In this document: positions 27,845-36,889 of the stretch, piece after piece
Position numbering within the stretch: the stretch's first letter is position 1
Layout: every line of letters begins with the position of its first letter
From: an uncultured Clostridia bacterium
GTDB lineage: Bacteria; Bacillota; Clostridia; TANB77; CAG-465
Length of the DNA stretch: 64,000 bases
Assembly (NCBI GenBank): GCA_944387375.1
Contig: CALXEQ010000001.1
Span: forward strand, 483-64,482
Direction: 5' to 3'
Notes under the pieces: model-generated
What the model was told of the DNA's origin: nothing
Databases searched by the model: none
Seen by the model: the letters and a program-made list of their open reading frames with translations, nothing else
Position numbers and translations under genes: made by a program

Positions 27845-30823
27845 ATGCAACTGATAACATTAAAGGAAAAAAAGGAAGAAGTAAAGAATTTATTAAATAT
27901 GGATGCAGATTTTATAGTTTTAGATGTAGATAGAACAATAATAAATACTACATCTTGGTATCAAGCTTGTATGTGTCCAAATTTACTTATTCGTGAAGAG
28001 TTTACTAAAGATTTCAAAAAAATTAATGATCTAACTTTTAAAAATCCAACAGAGGATAAATTAAAAGTATTTAGAAAAGAAACTTTTAATTTAATTGAAA
28101 AGACTATTTCTAAAAAGTTTTTAAGAAGAATAAGAAATATTCCTAATATTAGAGGATATTTTAAACTTGGAGATAATACTAATATTTGGAGATTTTATGT
28201 TGCAGGTCTATATACAGCAAATAATTTAGTAAAGATTTATGATGATGCAATAGATTATATAAAATATGCATTTAAATATTATGGAAATAATCTAAAAGTT
28301 ATATTTTTGACTTCTGGTTATGAACCATTTATTCGAGGAGTAGTAGATGGTATAATAGCAAAGACAAATCTTAACAAAATAAACTACTCTGTAATTGGCT
28401 CACAGATATGCTTTGAAAAGTCTAAGATAAAAGAAATATTTCATATGAGTCAATTTGAAAAAGAAAAAATTGTCAAAATGATAATTAAAAATGGCGGAAA
28501 AGTAAGATTTTTAGCAGATGATTCAAAAGATAATGTTGCTCTTTTTAATATTGTAAAAAATAATGGAGGAGTAGCATTAAATATTGAACACCGAAAAAAT
28601 AGTACTAAAAATCCAACATGGAAAAGCTATATGGAAACTATAACTAAAGATTATATAAAATTTGCAGTAAAAAATGATGATTCTACAGCAGGATTAAATA
28701 AAGAAAATATAGTAATGCCTGAGTTTTTAGAGCGACTTGCTGTAAATACAAATGAAATAGGGATAGCTTCTATGAGTAGAGATAATTTTAAAAATACTTT
28801 ATCTTCTTTAAAAGAAAAAATAAAAAATGAAAAAATAAAAGAAGAGTTTGAAAGTAATGTATTAAAATTAATATTTGAAAAATCAAATACTATTTATTTT
28901 AGAGGCAAGCTGTTTTATATGTGGCTTCCACAATATTTATTTATAGACAACAGATCAATAAATGATAGATTAAAAGATCTTTTTAAAACTAGTGCTAATT
29001 TACTAAAAATAGTGTATAATGAGGGTATTATAGATGAAGAATTAACATATTATCAAAAAGTTATTGTATATTCTTTTATAGATCATTTACAAGAGGCAAT
29101 ATTATATATATTAAATTTGATTGAACAAAATAGTTTAGCAAATAACAATATTTATAATACTGAACATGATAAAATAATAGAGTTAGCACAAAATGTAAGT
29201 GATATGTTATATGCACATTTTTATGTAGATGGTATAGAAAAACAAATATTAAAAAATATCTTAGATGATTTAGAAACTCTTGAAATAGTTAAGTCATTAC
29301 CAAGATATACAGATGTATATAAGCGTATGAGAGAGTTAGATGATAATGTTACTATTTTTAAATTTGTAAAATCAATAGCAGATAAAATGTATCAAAATAG
29401 CAAAAAGTTAGATTATATTATATCTTTTCCTTATGGTGGAATAACTCTTGGGTTTGCTATGAGATCATATATGAAATTTGGCTTAAAGCAAAAAGAAGAG
29501 CCAAGACTTTTAAATAGTCATTTTAGTTCTAAGCAAAAATTAAGAGAAAAAAGAACAGAAAAAGATAAAGATTTTTCAATATTTAAATTTATACCTAAAA
29601 AATACAATTGTTATGTTGATGAAATTAAAAAAGGAAATGCTACTATTTTATTACTAGATAATAACGTTACTACTTTTAAGACTTTAGATTTGTGTAAGAA
29701 TTTCTTAACTCAAATTGGAAATGAAGTTTTTGCGGCAGTTGCGGCGGTTAATTATGATAATATAGCAGAATTTTTATTAAATAAAGAAAGTGAAAATTTG
29801 GTACCAAACTGGAGAAAAGTTTTAGATTTTTGTCCAACAGATGAATATGTTACAGCTTTTAATACATGGAATACATCCAGAAAATCTAAAATACTCCAAG
29901 ATGTATTTTATATAAAAGAGTTAGCTCAAAACATACAATTAGAAAAAATAAAAAATATGAATAAAGATTATATATTTAAAGTATGTAGAGTACAAAATGT
30001 TCAAGATTTAAATGCTATAGTTAAAAATGGTGCAAATATGATAGGAATACATGCAGTATATCCAGATAGGATAAAATACTTAAAAAATGAAATAAAATAT
30101 GAACCATTAGAAACTAATTTAGATATAGATGAAAATTTACCAATTGGTATGTTAGAACTTGAAGGAATTAGAGATATTCAAAACTATATACCAGATTATA
30201 TAAAACAAGCTGTTCTTTTTGAAAGACCTTTAAGCATAGATAATATGATAAAGTCATGTGATATGTACAATTTACCAAAAGAAAAAATATATATTCAGCT
30301 TCAGCATAGAACAAATAGAGAATATATACAAACTATAAAAAGTAACTTAAGTAAAAAAGTAATTGCAACAATAGGACTTTTTCAAAAGGATTTTGAAGAG
30401 TATTTTTGGAAAATTCATGATATTTTAGATCCAGATACAGACTATATTTTAATTGATATGTCAAAGCATCAACCAGATTTAATTTCATTTTCTGAAAGCT
30501 ATAAAGATAGTATAGATAAGGTTGCTGTATTAAATCATTTAGCACCTATTATGCAAAATAATTCTGTTCCAGTTATTATTGCAGATGATACTACTGTTTA
30601 CCAAATGGGGTGTTATTTAAAAGAAATTAGCAAATATAACATAAAAATAAAAGGAATAGATATGCAAAATAGTGTGGAATTACCATCAAATGAGCAAAAA
30701 TATCAATATGTAAAATGCAATGATAAAACATATCAAGTAAAAATTAGAAAGTCTGGTACTGAACTTGCTAAATGGGATGAATTTTTTAATAAAAATAATT
30801 ATAAATTGGAGGTAAAACTATGA
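27845..30823 (+). CDS. 992-aa multidomain protein: N-terminal HAD-phosphatase-like, central PRTase-like, C-terminal TrpF/PRAI-like TIM-barrel domain
   Basis: HAD motifs I (FIVLDVDRT), II (IFLTSG) and IV (FLADDSKDN). PRT-fold motif ILLLDNNVTTFKT preceded by FPYGGITLG. C-terminal KVCRVQNVQDLNAIVKNGANMIGIHAVYPD aligns with the TrpF KICGIT...GAD.IGFVF..SPR start. Confidence 0.55.
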   Translation: MQLITLKEKKEEVKNLLNMDADFIVLDVDRTIINTTSWYQACMCPNLLIREEFTKDFKKINDLTFKNPTEDKLKVFRKETFNLIEKTISKKFLRRIRNIPNIRGYFKLGDNTNIWRFYVAGLYTANNLVKIYDDAIDYIKYAFKYYGNNLKVIFLTSGYEPFIRGVVDGIIAKTNLNKINYSVIGSQICFEKSKIKEIFHMSQFEKEKIVKMIIKNGGKVRFLADDSKDNVALFNIVKNNGGVALNIEHRKNSTKNPTWKSYMETITKDYIKFAVKNDDSTAGLNKENIVMPEFLERLAVNTNEIGIASMSRDNFKNTLSSLKEKIKNEKIKEEFESNVLKLIFEKSNTIYFRGKLFYMWLPQYLFIDNRSINDRLKDLFKTSANLLKIVYNEGIIDEELTYYQKVIVYSFIDHLQEAILYILNLIEQNSLANNNIYNTEHDKIIELAQNVSDMLYAHFYVDGIEKQILKNILDDLETLEIVKSLPRYTDVYKRMRELDDNVTIFKFVKSIADKMYQNSKKLDYIISFPYGGITLGFAMRSYMKFGLKQKEEPRLLNSHFSSKQKLREKRTEKDKDFSIFKFIPKKYNCYVDEIKKGNATILLLDNNVTTFKTLDLCKNFLTQIGNEVFAAVAAVNYDNIAEFLLNKESENLVPNWRKVLDFCPTDEYVTAFNTWNTSRKSKILQDVFYIKELAQNIQLEKIKNMNKDYIFKVCRVQNVQDLNAIVKNGANMIGIHAVYPDRIKYLKNEIKYEPLETNLDIDENLPIGMLELEGIRDIQNYIPDYIKQAVLFERPLSIDNMIKSCDMYNLPKEKIYIQLQHRTNREYIQTIKSNLSKKVIATIGLFQKDFEEYFWKIHDILDPDTDYILIDMSKHQPDLISFSESYKDSIDKVAVLNHLAPIMQNNSVPVIIADDTTVYQMGCYLKEISKYNIKIKGIDMQNSVELPSNEQKYQYVKCNDKTYQVKIRKSGTELAKWDEFFNKNNYKLEVKL

Positions 30824-31593
30824 AAAAGATGATTGTTTTAGATTTAGATGGAACTACTTTAAGAAATGATAAGACTGTATCAGATAATACAATAAACACA
30901 TTACTTGAGTGTAGAGGGCAAGGAAATACTATATTATTTGCTACTGCAAGACCACCAAGAGATGCATATAAGTATGTACCAGTACCATTAAGAGATAATC
31001 CAATTATTTGTTATAATGGTGCGTGCATTATATCATCTGAAAAATTAAATGTTTTATACAAAAAAGAAATTCCAAAAGAAGACGTGTTAAAGGTGTTAGA
31101 CATTATAGAAAAACATGGATATAATAACATGTGTATTGAAGTAAATGATGCTTTATATTCAAATTTTGATACAACAGATTTTTTTGGTAATGCTAAAAAT
31201 TGTATAGTAGATTTAAAGGAAATGGAGTTTGAAGCAGCATATAAAGTTATTATATGTAGCAAAAAGCAAATAACAGATGATGTTATAAAGGAATTTCCAA
31301 AATCTTGTAAGGGTATAATTACAGATAATGGAACACTTTGTCAAATAATTAATAGTGAAGCTTCAAAGTGGACATGCATTGAATCTTTATCTAAAAAATT
31401 AGATATAGCAAAAGAAAATATAATAGCTTTTGGTGATGACTTTAATGATTTAGATATGATAAAAAATGCAGGTGTAGGTATTGCTATGGGAAATGCTCAA
31501 CAAGAAATAAAAAATATTGCAGATTTTGTTACAGATACAAATACAAATGATGGAGTTGCAAAATATTTAGATAAAAATATTTTAAGAAAGTAG
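30820..31593 (+). CDS. Cof-type HAD-IIB sugar/phosphoester phosphatase
   Basis: IVLDLDGTTL motif I and GDDFNDLDMI motif IV. 257 aa. ATGA start-stop overlap with the upstream gene. Confidence 0.8.
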   Translation: MKKMIVLDLDGTTLRNDKTVSDNTINTLLECRGQGNTILFATARPPRDAYKYVPVPLRDNPIICYNGACIISSEKLNVLYKKEIPKEDVLKVLDIIEKHGYNNMCIEVNDALYSNFDTTDFFGNAKNCIVDLKEMEFEAAYKVIICSKKQITDDVIKEFPKSCKGIITDNGTLCQIINSEASKWTCIESLSKKLDIAKENIIAFGDDFNDLDMIKNAGVGIAMGNAQQEIKNIADFVTDTNTNDGVAKYLDKNILRK

Positions 31594-31603
31594 GTATGAT
31601 ATT

Positions 31604-32791
31604 ATGAAGATAATTAATAGTAGTAATAGTCCATTAAAGGTGAAAGATGTAGATGTAGCTGATGTAAATATTAGTGAGTATGATAAGAATTCGTGGTTAT
31701 TAGAAGTAGATAACGAGTATTATATGGCTGTTAAAAGAAAGTTTAATAACAATGTAACAAGTACTAAAGTTATTGAACTTGAAAATGCATATTGTAATGT
31801 TTTAAAGCCAGATGATAATTTAAAATTAAATGTTCAGTATGGAGACAAAGATGCAACTATTGTAGATATGCACGGAATAGATAATTTTAGATTTGCAAAG
31901 TCTTTAGTATTTAATGATTCTACAGTAAGAAAAATTATTTTAAAGCTTAAGATATTAGAGAAGGATAAAAAATACTTTAGATTTGGTGCATCTGGTGCAA
32001 GAGAGTCAGATTTTCATCCTGGTGGTGAGGTATATGAGAGTATGCTAATTAGTGGTAAAGATACAAGTGGATATGCACAAAGTGTTAGTGGATATTTACC
32101 TCATGGTAAAGAATTTAGTAAAAGTATATCTTTATATGATAGGGATAAGAGATATCTAAGAGATGAGAGAATTGTATATTCTCATACAGCTATTTTAAAA
32201 AAATGTGAAGCAAAAGATAGAACGTCTTTATATATAAAAATTAATCCTAAAAGGGATAATGTAAGTTTTTTAGATATTTTAAATGAACTTGCTACAAAAC
32301 TTGGAATGGTATCATATGCAGTTCAAATGTGTATACAGACTAATAATACAAATGAGCATACAACTCAAATTAAGGGAAGAGTATTAAGACATATGCCCAT
32401 GAAACCATTTGATGTATTGCAAGATGCAACAGATATAGGACTTGAGCAACTATTTATTATAGATAATCAAAATATTGTTTATGGTGTTGGAACAAAGTAT
32501 AACAGATATGAACCAGAATGGAAAGAGTTTACAGGTGGAAGACAGTATGAAAGAAGAGGTCATATTCATGCAACGATTGTAAATAATAATGATGAAAATA
32601 AACATGAAGTATTTCATTTAAGAGATGCATTTATATCACAAGCATCAAATGTACAAGTTGTTTTAACACCAGTTGATACTGTTTATAGAATTTATCCTTT
32701 ATATAAAAATGGAGATAAATATCTATGCAAAGCAACAGATAAAAATATAGATACTGTACTAGAAAATATTAGAAAAATAGATAAAGTATAG
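31604..32791 (+). CDS. Hypothetical protein (395 aa), no recognisable family
   Basis: ORF in the operon with a 10-nt gap to each neighbour. No motif recognised. Confidence 0.55.
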   Translation: MKIINSSNSPLKVKDVDVADVNISEYDKNSWLLEVDNEYYMAVKRKFNNNVTSTKVIELENAYCNVLKPDDNLKLNVQYGDKDATIVDMHGIDNFRFAKSLVFNDSTVRKIILKLKILEKDKKYFRFGASGARESDFHPGGEVYESMLISGKDTSGYAQSVSGYLPHGKEFSKSISLYDRDKRYLRDERIVYSHTAILKKCEAKDRTSLYIKINPKRDNVSFLDILNELATKLGMVSYAVQMCIQTNNTNEHTTQIKGRVLRHMPMKPFDVLQDATDIGLEQLFIIDNQNIVYGVGTKYNRYEPEWKEFTGGRQYERRGHIHATIVNNNDENKHEVFHLRDAFISQASNVQVVLTPVDTVYRIYPLYKNGDKYLCKATDKNIDTVLENIRKIDKV

Positions 32792-32801
32792 GAGGTATGT
32801 T

Positions 32802-33386
32802 ATGAAAGCGTTGTGTATAAATGGAAGTCCAAGAGAAGATGGAAGTACGGCATATTTAATAGGAAAAGTTGCAGAAGGCATGAGACAAAAAAATATTGAG
32901 GTAAAAAGTTATTGCTTGGGAAAATTAAATATAAATTATTGCCTTGGATGTAAAAAATGCTATAAAGAGGGTATTTGTATACAAAAAGATGATATGGATA
33001 TTTTAATTAATGAACTAAAAAATGCAGATATAGTAGTTATTGGAACACCAGATTATTGGGGAGATGTAAGTGGACAACTTAAAGTGTTTTTTGATAGAAA
33101 TACACCTTATGCAAATACTAATGTAAATAGAATTAATATGCCTCATCCAAAATTTGGAATTGCAATATCAGTAAGAGAAGGGCCAGAAGATTTTGAAAAT
33201 ACTAATATAATTAATTCTATTAATCATTACTTTGGTCATTTGGAAATAACGCCTATTGCAAAACTTGCTCTAACAGATACATCTACATTAGAAGATTTGT
33301 TAAAAAATCAAAAAGAAAAAATAGATGAAGCTTATCAGATTGGACTCAAAGTACTAGATTTAGTAAAAACAAAAAAGAGAATTTAG
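32802..33386 (+). CDS. Flavodoxin-like NAD(P)H-dependent FMN reductase / iron-sulfur flavoprotein
   Basis: N-terminal INGSPREDGST flavodoxin-like nucleotide loop and the CLGCKKCYKEGIC cysteine cluster typical of iron-sulfur flavoproteins. SD aggagg. Confidence 0.65.
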   Translation: MKALCINGSPREDGSTAYLIGKVAEGMRQKNIEVKSYCLGKLNINYCLGCKKCYKEGICIQKDDMDILINELKNADIVVIGTPDYWGDVSGQLKVFFDRNTPYANTNVNRINMPHPKFGIAISVREGPEDFENTNIINSINHYFGHLEITPIAKLALTDTSTLEDLLKNQKEKIDEAYQIGLKVLDLVKTKKRI

Positions 33387-33410
33387 ATTTTAAATTCTCT
33401 TTTTATTTTT
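33372..33410. terminator. Bidirectional terminator closing the operon and the convergent CAP-domain gene
   Basis: Stem aaaagagaattta / taaattctctttt with flanking A and T runs. Confidence 0.65.
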
Positions 33411-33423
33411 ATATAAGTTATAA

Positions 33424-34401
33424 TTATTTTCCAATAAACATAAGAACAATAACATATCCATATGTTTCACTTTCCTCAAGACCTATTCCTATATAATTAA
33501 ATGAATTTGAAAGTATATTTTGGCTATGTTCACTAGATTTCATAAATGAATTTATTGCATCGTCTATATTATTATTTCCAGCTATATTTTCACCTGCTGT
33601 TTTGTAAGTTACACCAGCATTTTGCATCATCTCAAAAGGAGTGCCATATGTAGGAGAGGTATGAGAGAAGTAATTGTTTACTACCATATCTTGAGCTTTA
33701 GTTTGAGCAGTTGCAGTAAGTAGTGAATCTAGTGTAAATAGTGGAAGACCATTTTCTTTTCTTATTTCATTCAATTTAGATAGAATGTATTCTATATTTG
33801 CATTAGAATCTGGTGTACTTGGAGTTGTATTTTCCTGTTCATTAGTATTTTCTTGAGTAGTATTAGAATTGTTGTTTGAATCTTCTAAATTACATTCAAG
33901 AAGATCTTCTCTAATCATTCCAACTAAATTGTCTTGAGTAATTACAAGAAGAAAACTATCTATTGCACCTATTACATATACTTGATCTCCTGCATTTAGT
34001 TTTCCATACATTCTAAATGATGTTGAGGGTCCTCCTCTTACAATAGTATTATCTCCTTTAACTGTTGCATGAAATGGAGAATAATCTGTATAAGTGAGTG
34101 AAGAAATATTTTCTCCTGTTACTTTTGCATATTCTTTAGATATAATACCCACTTCATTATTTTCAAGTTGTACAATGTAAAAATTATCTATTGATCCTAC
34201 AAGCTTAATTTTAGTATTAGGATCAAGAGTTCGTATAAAAGATGAATAGTCTGTATTTGGCTTATTTCTAAGATTTACATTTGCTGTAGTTACACCATAT
34301 TCAGGAGAAAAATGAGTAATAGTTGCAGCAAATATAGTAGAAAATAAAATAACAAACATAATAGCAATTATTACTATTATAATATTTTTTGTGTTTTTCA
34401 T
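33424..34401 (-). CDS. Secreted SH3b + CAP (SCP/PR-1, YkwD-like) domain protein
   Basis: C-terminal NYFSHTSP...GENIAGN...SEHSQNIL CAP-domain motifs. Two SH3b-like segments. N-terminal signal/anchor MKNTKNIIIVIIAIMFVILF. Start set at the ATG at 34401 (SD gaggtg) rather than the track TTG at 34470. Confidence 0.7.
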   Translation of the reverse strand: MKNTKNIIIVIIAIMFVILFSTIFAATITHFSPEYGVTTANVNLRNKPNTDYSSFIRTLDPNTKIKLVGSIDNFYIVQLENNEVGIISKEYAKVTGENISSLTYTDYSPFHATVKGDNTIVRGGPSTSFRMYGKLNAGDQVYVIGAIDSFLLVITQDNLVGMIREDLLECNLEDSNNNSNTTQENTNEQENTTPSTPDSNANIEYILSKLNEIRKENGLPLFTLDSLLTATAQTKAQDMVVNNYFSHTSPTYGTPFEMMQNAGVTYKTAGENIAGNNNIDDAINSFMKSSEHSQNILSNSFNYIGIGLEESETYGYVIVLMFIGK

Positions 34402-34502
34402 TTTTTTCACCTCACTAATATTATTACCAATTTCTTCCTGTATATTATAAAAATTAGTATATTTTTCCAATTTTTAAAAAGAATATTTATGAGGTGTAAA
34501 GT

Positions 34503-35684
34503 ATGCAAAAAGGATTTTGGTTGAATAAAAATAAAATTACAAATGTATATCCATACCTATCTAAGAATATGGAATGTGATGTAATAATAGTTGGTGGTGG
34601 AATATGTGGGGCAATAACATCATATTTTCTAGCAAAAGATGGATTTAAAGTCGCTGTAATAGAAAAAAATATTATAGGATATAAAAATACTAGTCTTTCA
34701 TCTGCATGTATTACCGATTTTGTTGACGATTTGTATATTAAAAATAGTAAAGATACAAAAGATAATATAAGAAGAAAAATTTTTGATATGAAAAAAAGAG
34801 CAAATGCTTTATTAGATGAGATATTAGTAGATATTCAAAAGCAAGAATATTTAAAAAAGACAGATTATACAATATTAAATAATAAAATGTTTCAAAAGGG
34901 ATTATTTAGGAGTGAAGCAAATATAAGAGAAGAGCTTGGAGAAAAAGCTGAGCTTTTAGAGGATATAGATTATATGAATACGCATTGTGCAGTAAATATA
35001 AAAGGTGGAAGTAGAATGATTGATGCATATGATTTTACATCTAAAATTTTTGAGTATATATCATCTTTTCCTAATGTATATATTTTTGAAAATACAAAGT
35101 TGAAAAATATAAATGCAAATTATGATTATGTTGAGATAACTACTCAAAATGATTTTAAAATAAAAGCATCATCTTTAATATTAACTACTGGAATTGATAG
35201 TTTTGCCTTATCTAAAATACCAAATATTGAAGTTTATAGAAGATTTAGTATTGTTACAAATATTAACTTAAACAAAAGAATATGTGCTAAGCTTTTAAAT
35301 GATATTCCAATATATATTAGAAATGATGAAAGAGGTAATATGATAGTATCAGGTATAGATACGAAGTATATTGCAAAAATGGAAAATGAAAAATATATAG
35401 ACATGTTAAAAAAGGATAATGCAAGAAGACTTACATCTGTAATTAGTAAATTATTTCCAAAGGTAGAAATATCTAAAGAAATAGGAATGTATAGTGGAAA
35501 TATATATGTAACAAAAGATAATATGCCAATAATTGGAGAAATAGAAGATGTTCCAAATACATACATAAATTTAGGTGTTGGAAGTTCTTCAATTTCTCAA
35601 ATGCTAATAGGAGCAGACATATTAAAAGATGCAATAAAAGGATATTATAAAAAGGAAATGAATCTATTTAAACTTACCAGATAA
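34503..35684 (+). CDS. FAD-dependent oxidoreductase (DAO family)
   Basis: DVIIVGGGICGAITSYFLAKDGFKVAVIEK Rossmann motif. Confidence 0.7.
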   Translation: MQKGFWLNKNKITNVYPYLSKNMECDVIIVGGGICGAITSYFLAKDGFKVAVIEKNIIGYKNTSLSSACITDFVDDLYIKNSKDTKDNIRRKIFDMKKRANALLDEILVDIQKQEYLKKTDYTILNNKMFQKGLFRSEANIREELGEKAELLEDIDYMNTHCAVNIKGGSRMIDAYDFTSKIFEYISSFPNVYIFENTKLKNINANYDYVEITTQNDFKIKASSLILTTGIDSFALSKIPNIEVYRRFSIVTNINLNKRICAKLLNDIPIYIRNDERGNMIVSGIDTKYIAKMENEKYIDMLKKDNARRLTSVISKLFPKVEISKEIGMYSGNIYVTKDNMPIIGEIEDVPNTYINLGVGSSSISQMLIGADILKDAIKGYYKKEMNLFKLTR

Positions 35685-35772
35685 GCTTTGTTAAAATTTG
35701 TTGTAATTAGTAAAAAAAACTTTAATTTTGGCTTCTCCTGTGATATAATACCAGCAGGAAGGAAGATGATAT

Positions 35773-36447
35773 ATGATGAACAAGCTTAGGGTAGTTTATG
35801 GTAAATCAAAAGATGCAATGTATATATCACAAGAAGATACAATAAGAATATTTAGCGACGCATTTTTAAAGGCACAAATACCAGTAGTTAGATCTAAAGA
35901 TAGTAACTTGGTGGAAATGATGTTTGCTCATCCACTTACTGATGGATATGAAAGTACAGGTGAAATTTTTGAGGTAAATTTAACTGAAGAGGTAGATACA
36001 CGTTATTTAATAAAAGAGTTAAATAGATCTCTACCAGCAGGATTTATTGTAATGTCTGCAGAATATGTATCATCTAATGAAGATAGTATAAATTTAAGAG
36101 TGTATGCAGCAGAATATGTAATTAGCTTGGATTATACAGAAAAATTTAAAGATAAATCTTTAAGAGAAAAAGATGAGATAAGATCTTATTATAGAAAAAA
36201 AATGGAAATGTATCTTGCTCAATCACAAATATTAGTTGTTAAAAAGAGCTATGATAGAATGGAAAGGTTAGATATAAAACCACAAATTGAAAAATATAAT
36301 TTTAATATAGATGATAGTGTAGATATAGTGGTATCTGCTGGTGCAAGATCTAATATATCTCCAGCTATTTTAATGGATGGATATATGGAATATATAAATG
36401 AAAAAGTTCCATATGATGTAAAACGAGTTAGAATATTATATAATTAA
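35773..36447 (+). CDS. DUF2344 / TIGR03936-like radical-SAM-linked protein (orphan)
   Basis: RVVYGKSKDAMYISQEDTIRIFSDAFLKAQIPVVRSKDSN...FAHPLTDGYESTGEIFEVNL follows the RFxKGGxLRFISHLDLMRxFERAxRRAxLPxAxSxGFNPxPxISFAxPLxVGxES pattern of this family. Confidence 0.5.
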   Translation: MMNKLRVVYGKSKDAMYISQEDTIRIFSDAFLKAQIPVVRSKDSNLVEMMFAHPLTDGYESTGEIFEVNLTEEVDTRYLIKELNRSLPAGFIVMSAEYVSSNEDSINLRVYAAEYVISLDYTEKFKDKSLREKDEIRSYYRKKMEMYLAQSQILVVKKSYDRMERLDIKPQIEKYNFNIDDSVDIVVSAGARSNISPAILMDGYMEYINEKVPYDVKRVRILYN

Positions 36448-36505
36448 ACAAATAAGTAGTAATAATTCTGTAACATAAAAGTAATGTTTTATTGTAAACA
36501 AATAG

Positions 36506-36534
36506 TTGACATTGAAATTTTAATATGCGATAAT
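36506..36534 (+). promoter_or_regulatory. Sigma-A-type promoter upstream of spoVG (TTGACA-17-GATAAT)
   Basis: ttgaca at 36506-36511, a 17-nt spacer, gataat at 36529-36534. Confidence 0.55.
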
Positions 36535-36566
36535 TAAGTTAACATTCAAGGAAGGCGGTGTAGACT

Positions 36567-36821
36567 ATGCAAATTACAGATGTAAGAGTTAGAAAAGTAA
36601 CTTCTCAAAACAGAATGAAAGCTATTGCATCAATAACAATTGATGACGTATTTGTAATTCACGACATCAAAGTTATTGAAAGCGATAAAGGTTTATTTAT
36701 TGCTATGCCTAGCAGAAAAACTCCAAATGGAGAATTTAAGGATATTGCTCATCCTATCAATACTGAAACTAGAGAAATGTTACAAAAATTAATTATTGAT
36801 AAATATAATGAGGCTGAGTAA
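36567..36821 (+). CDS. spoVG: Septation protein SpoVG
   Basis: [11 protein letters not shown]...[20 protein letters not shown]...[10 protein letters not shown] is the highly conserved SpoVG sequence. Confidence 0.93.
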   Translation: MQITDVRVRKVTSQNRMKAIASITIDDVFVIHDIKVIESDKGLFIAMPSRKTPNGEFKDIAHPINTETREMLQKLIIDKYNEAE

Positions 36822-36848
36822 TAGTTAGATAAATTATATTGAAAGTTT

Positions 36849-36874
36849 AGAGGGTTTTGATGCCCTCTTTTTTA
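36849..36874 (+). terminator. Rho-independent terminator after spoVG
   Basis: agaggg / ccctct stem followed by TTTTTT. It overlaps the track's 36857 start, which is therefore rejected. Confidence 0.65.
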
Positions 36875-36889
36875 ATAGGAGATGAGAAA

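Noticed and set aside
36857-36889. The track start at 36857 for the UvrC-like gene.
   Set aside because: It overlaps the spoVG intrinsic terminator hairpin. AGGAG-9-ATG at 36890 begins the conserved GIY-YIG region.
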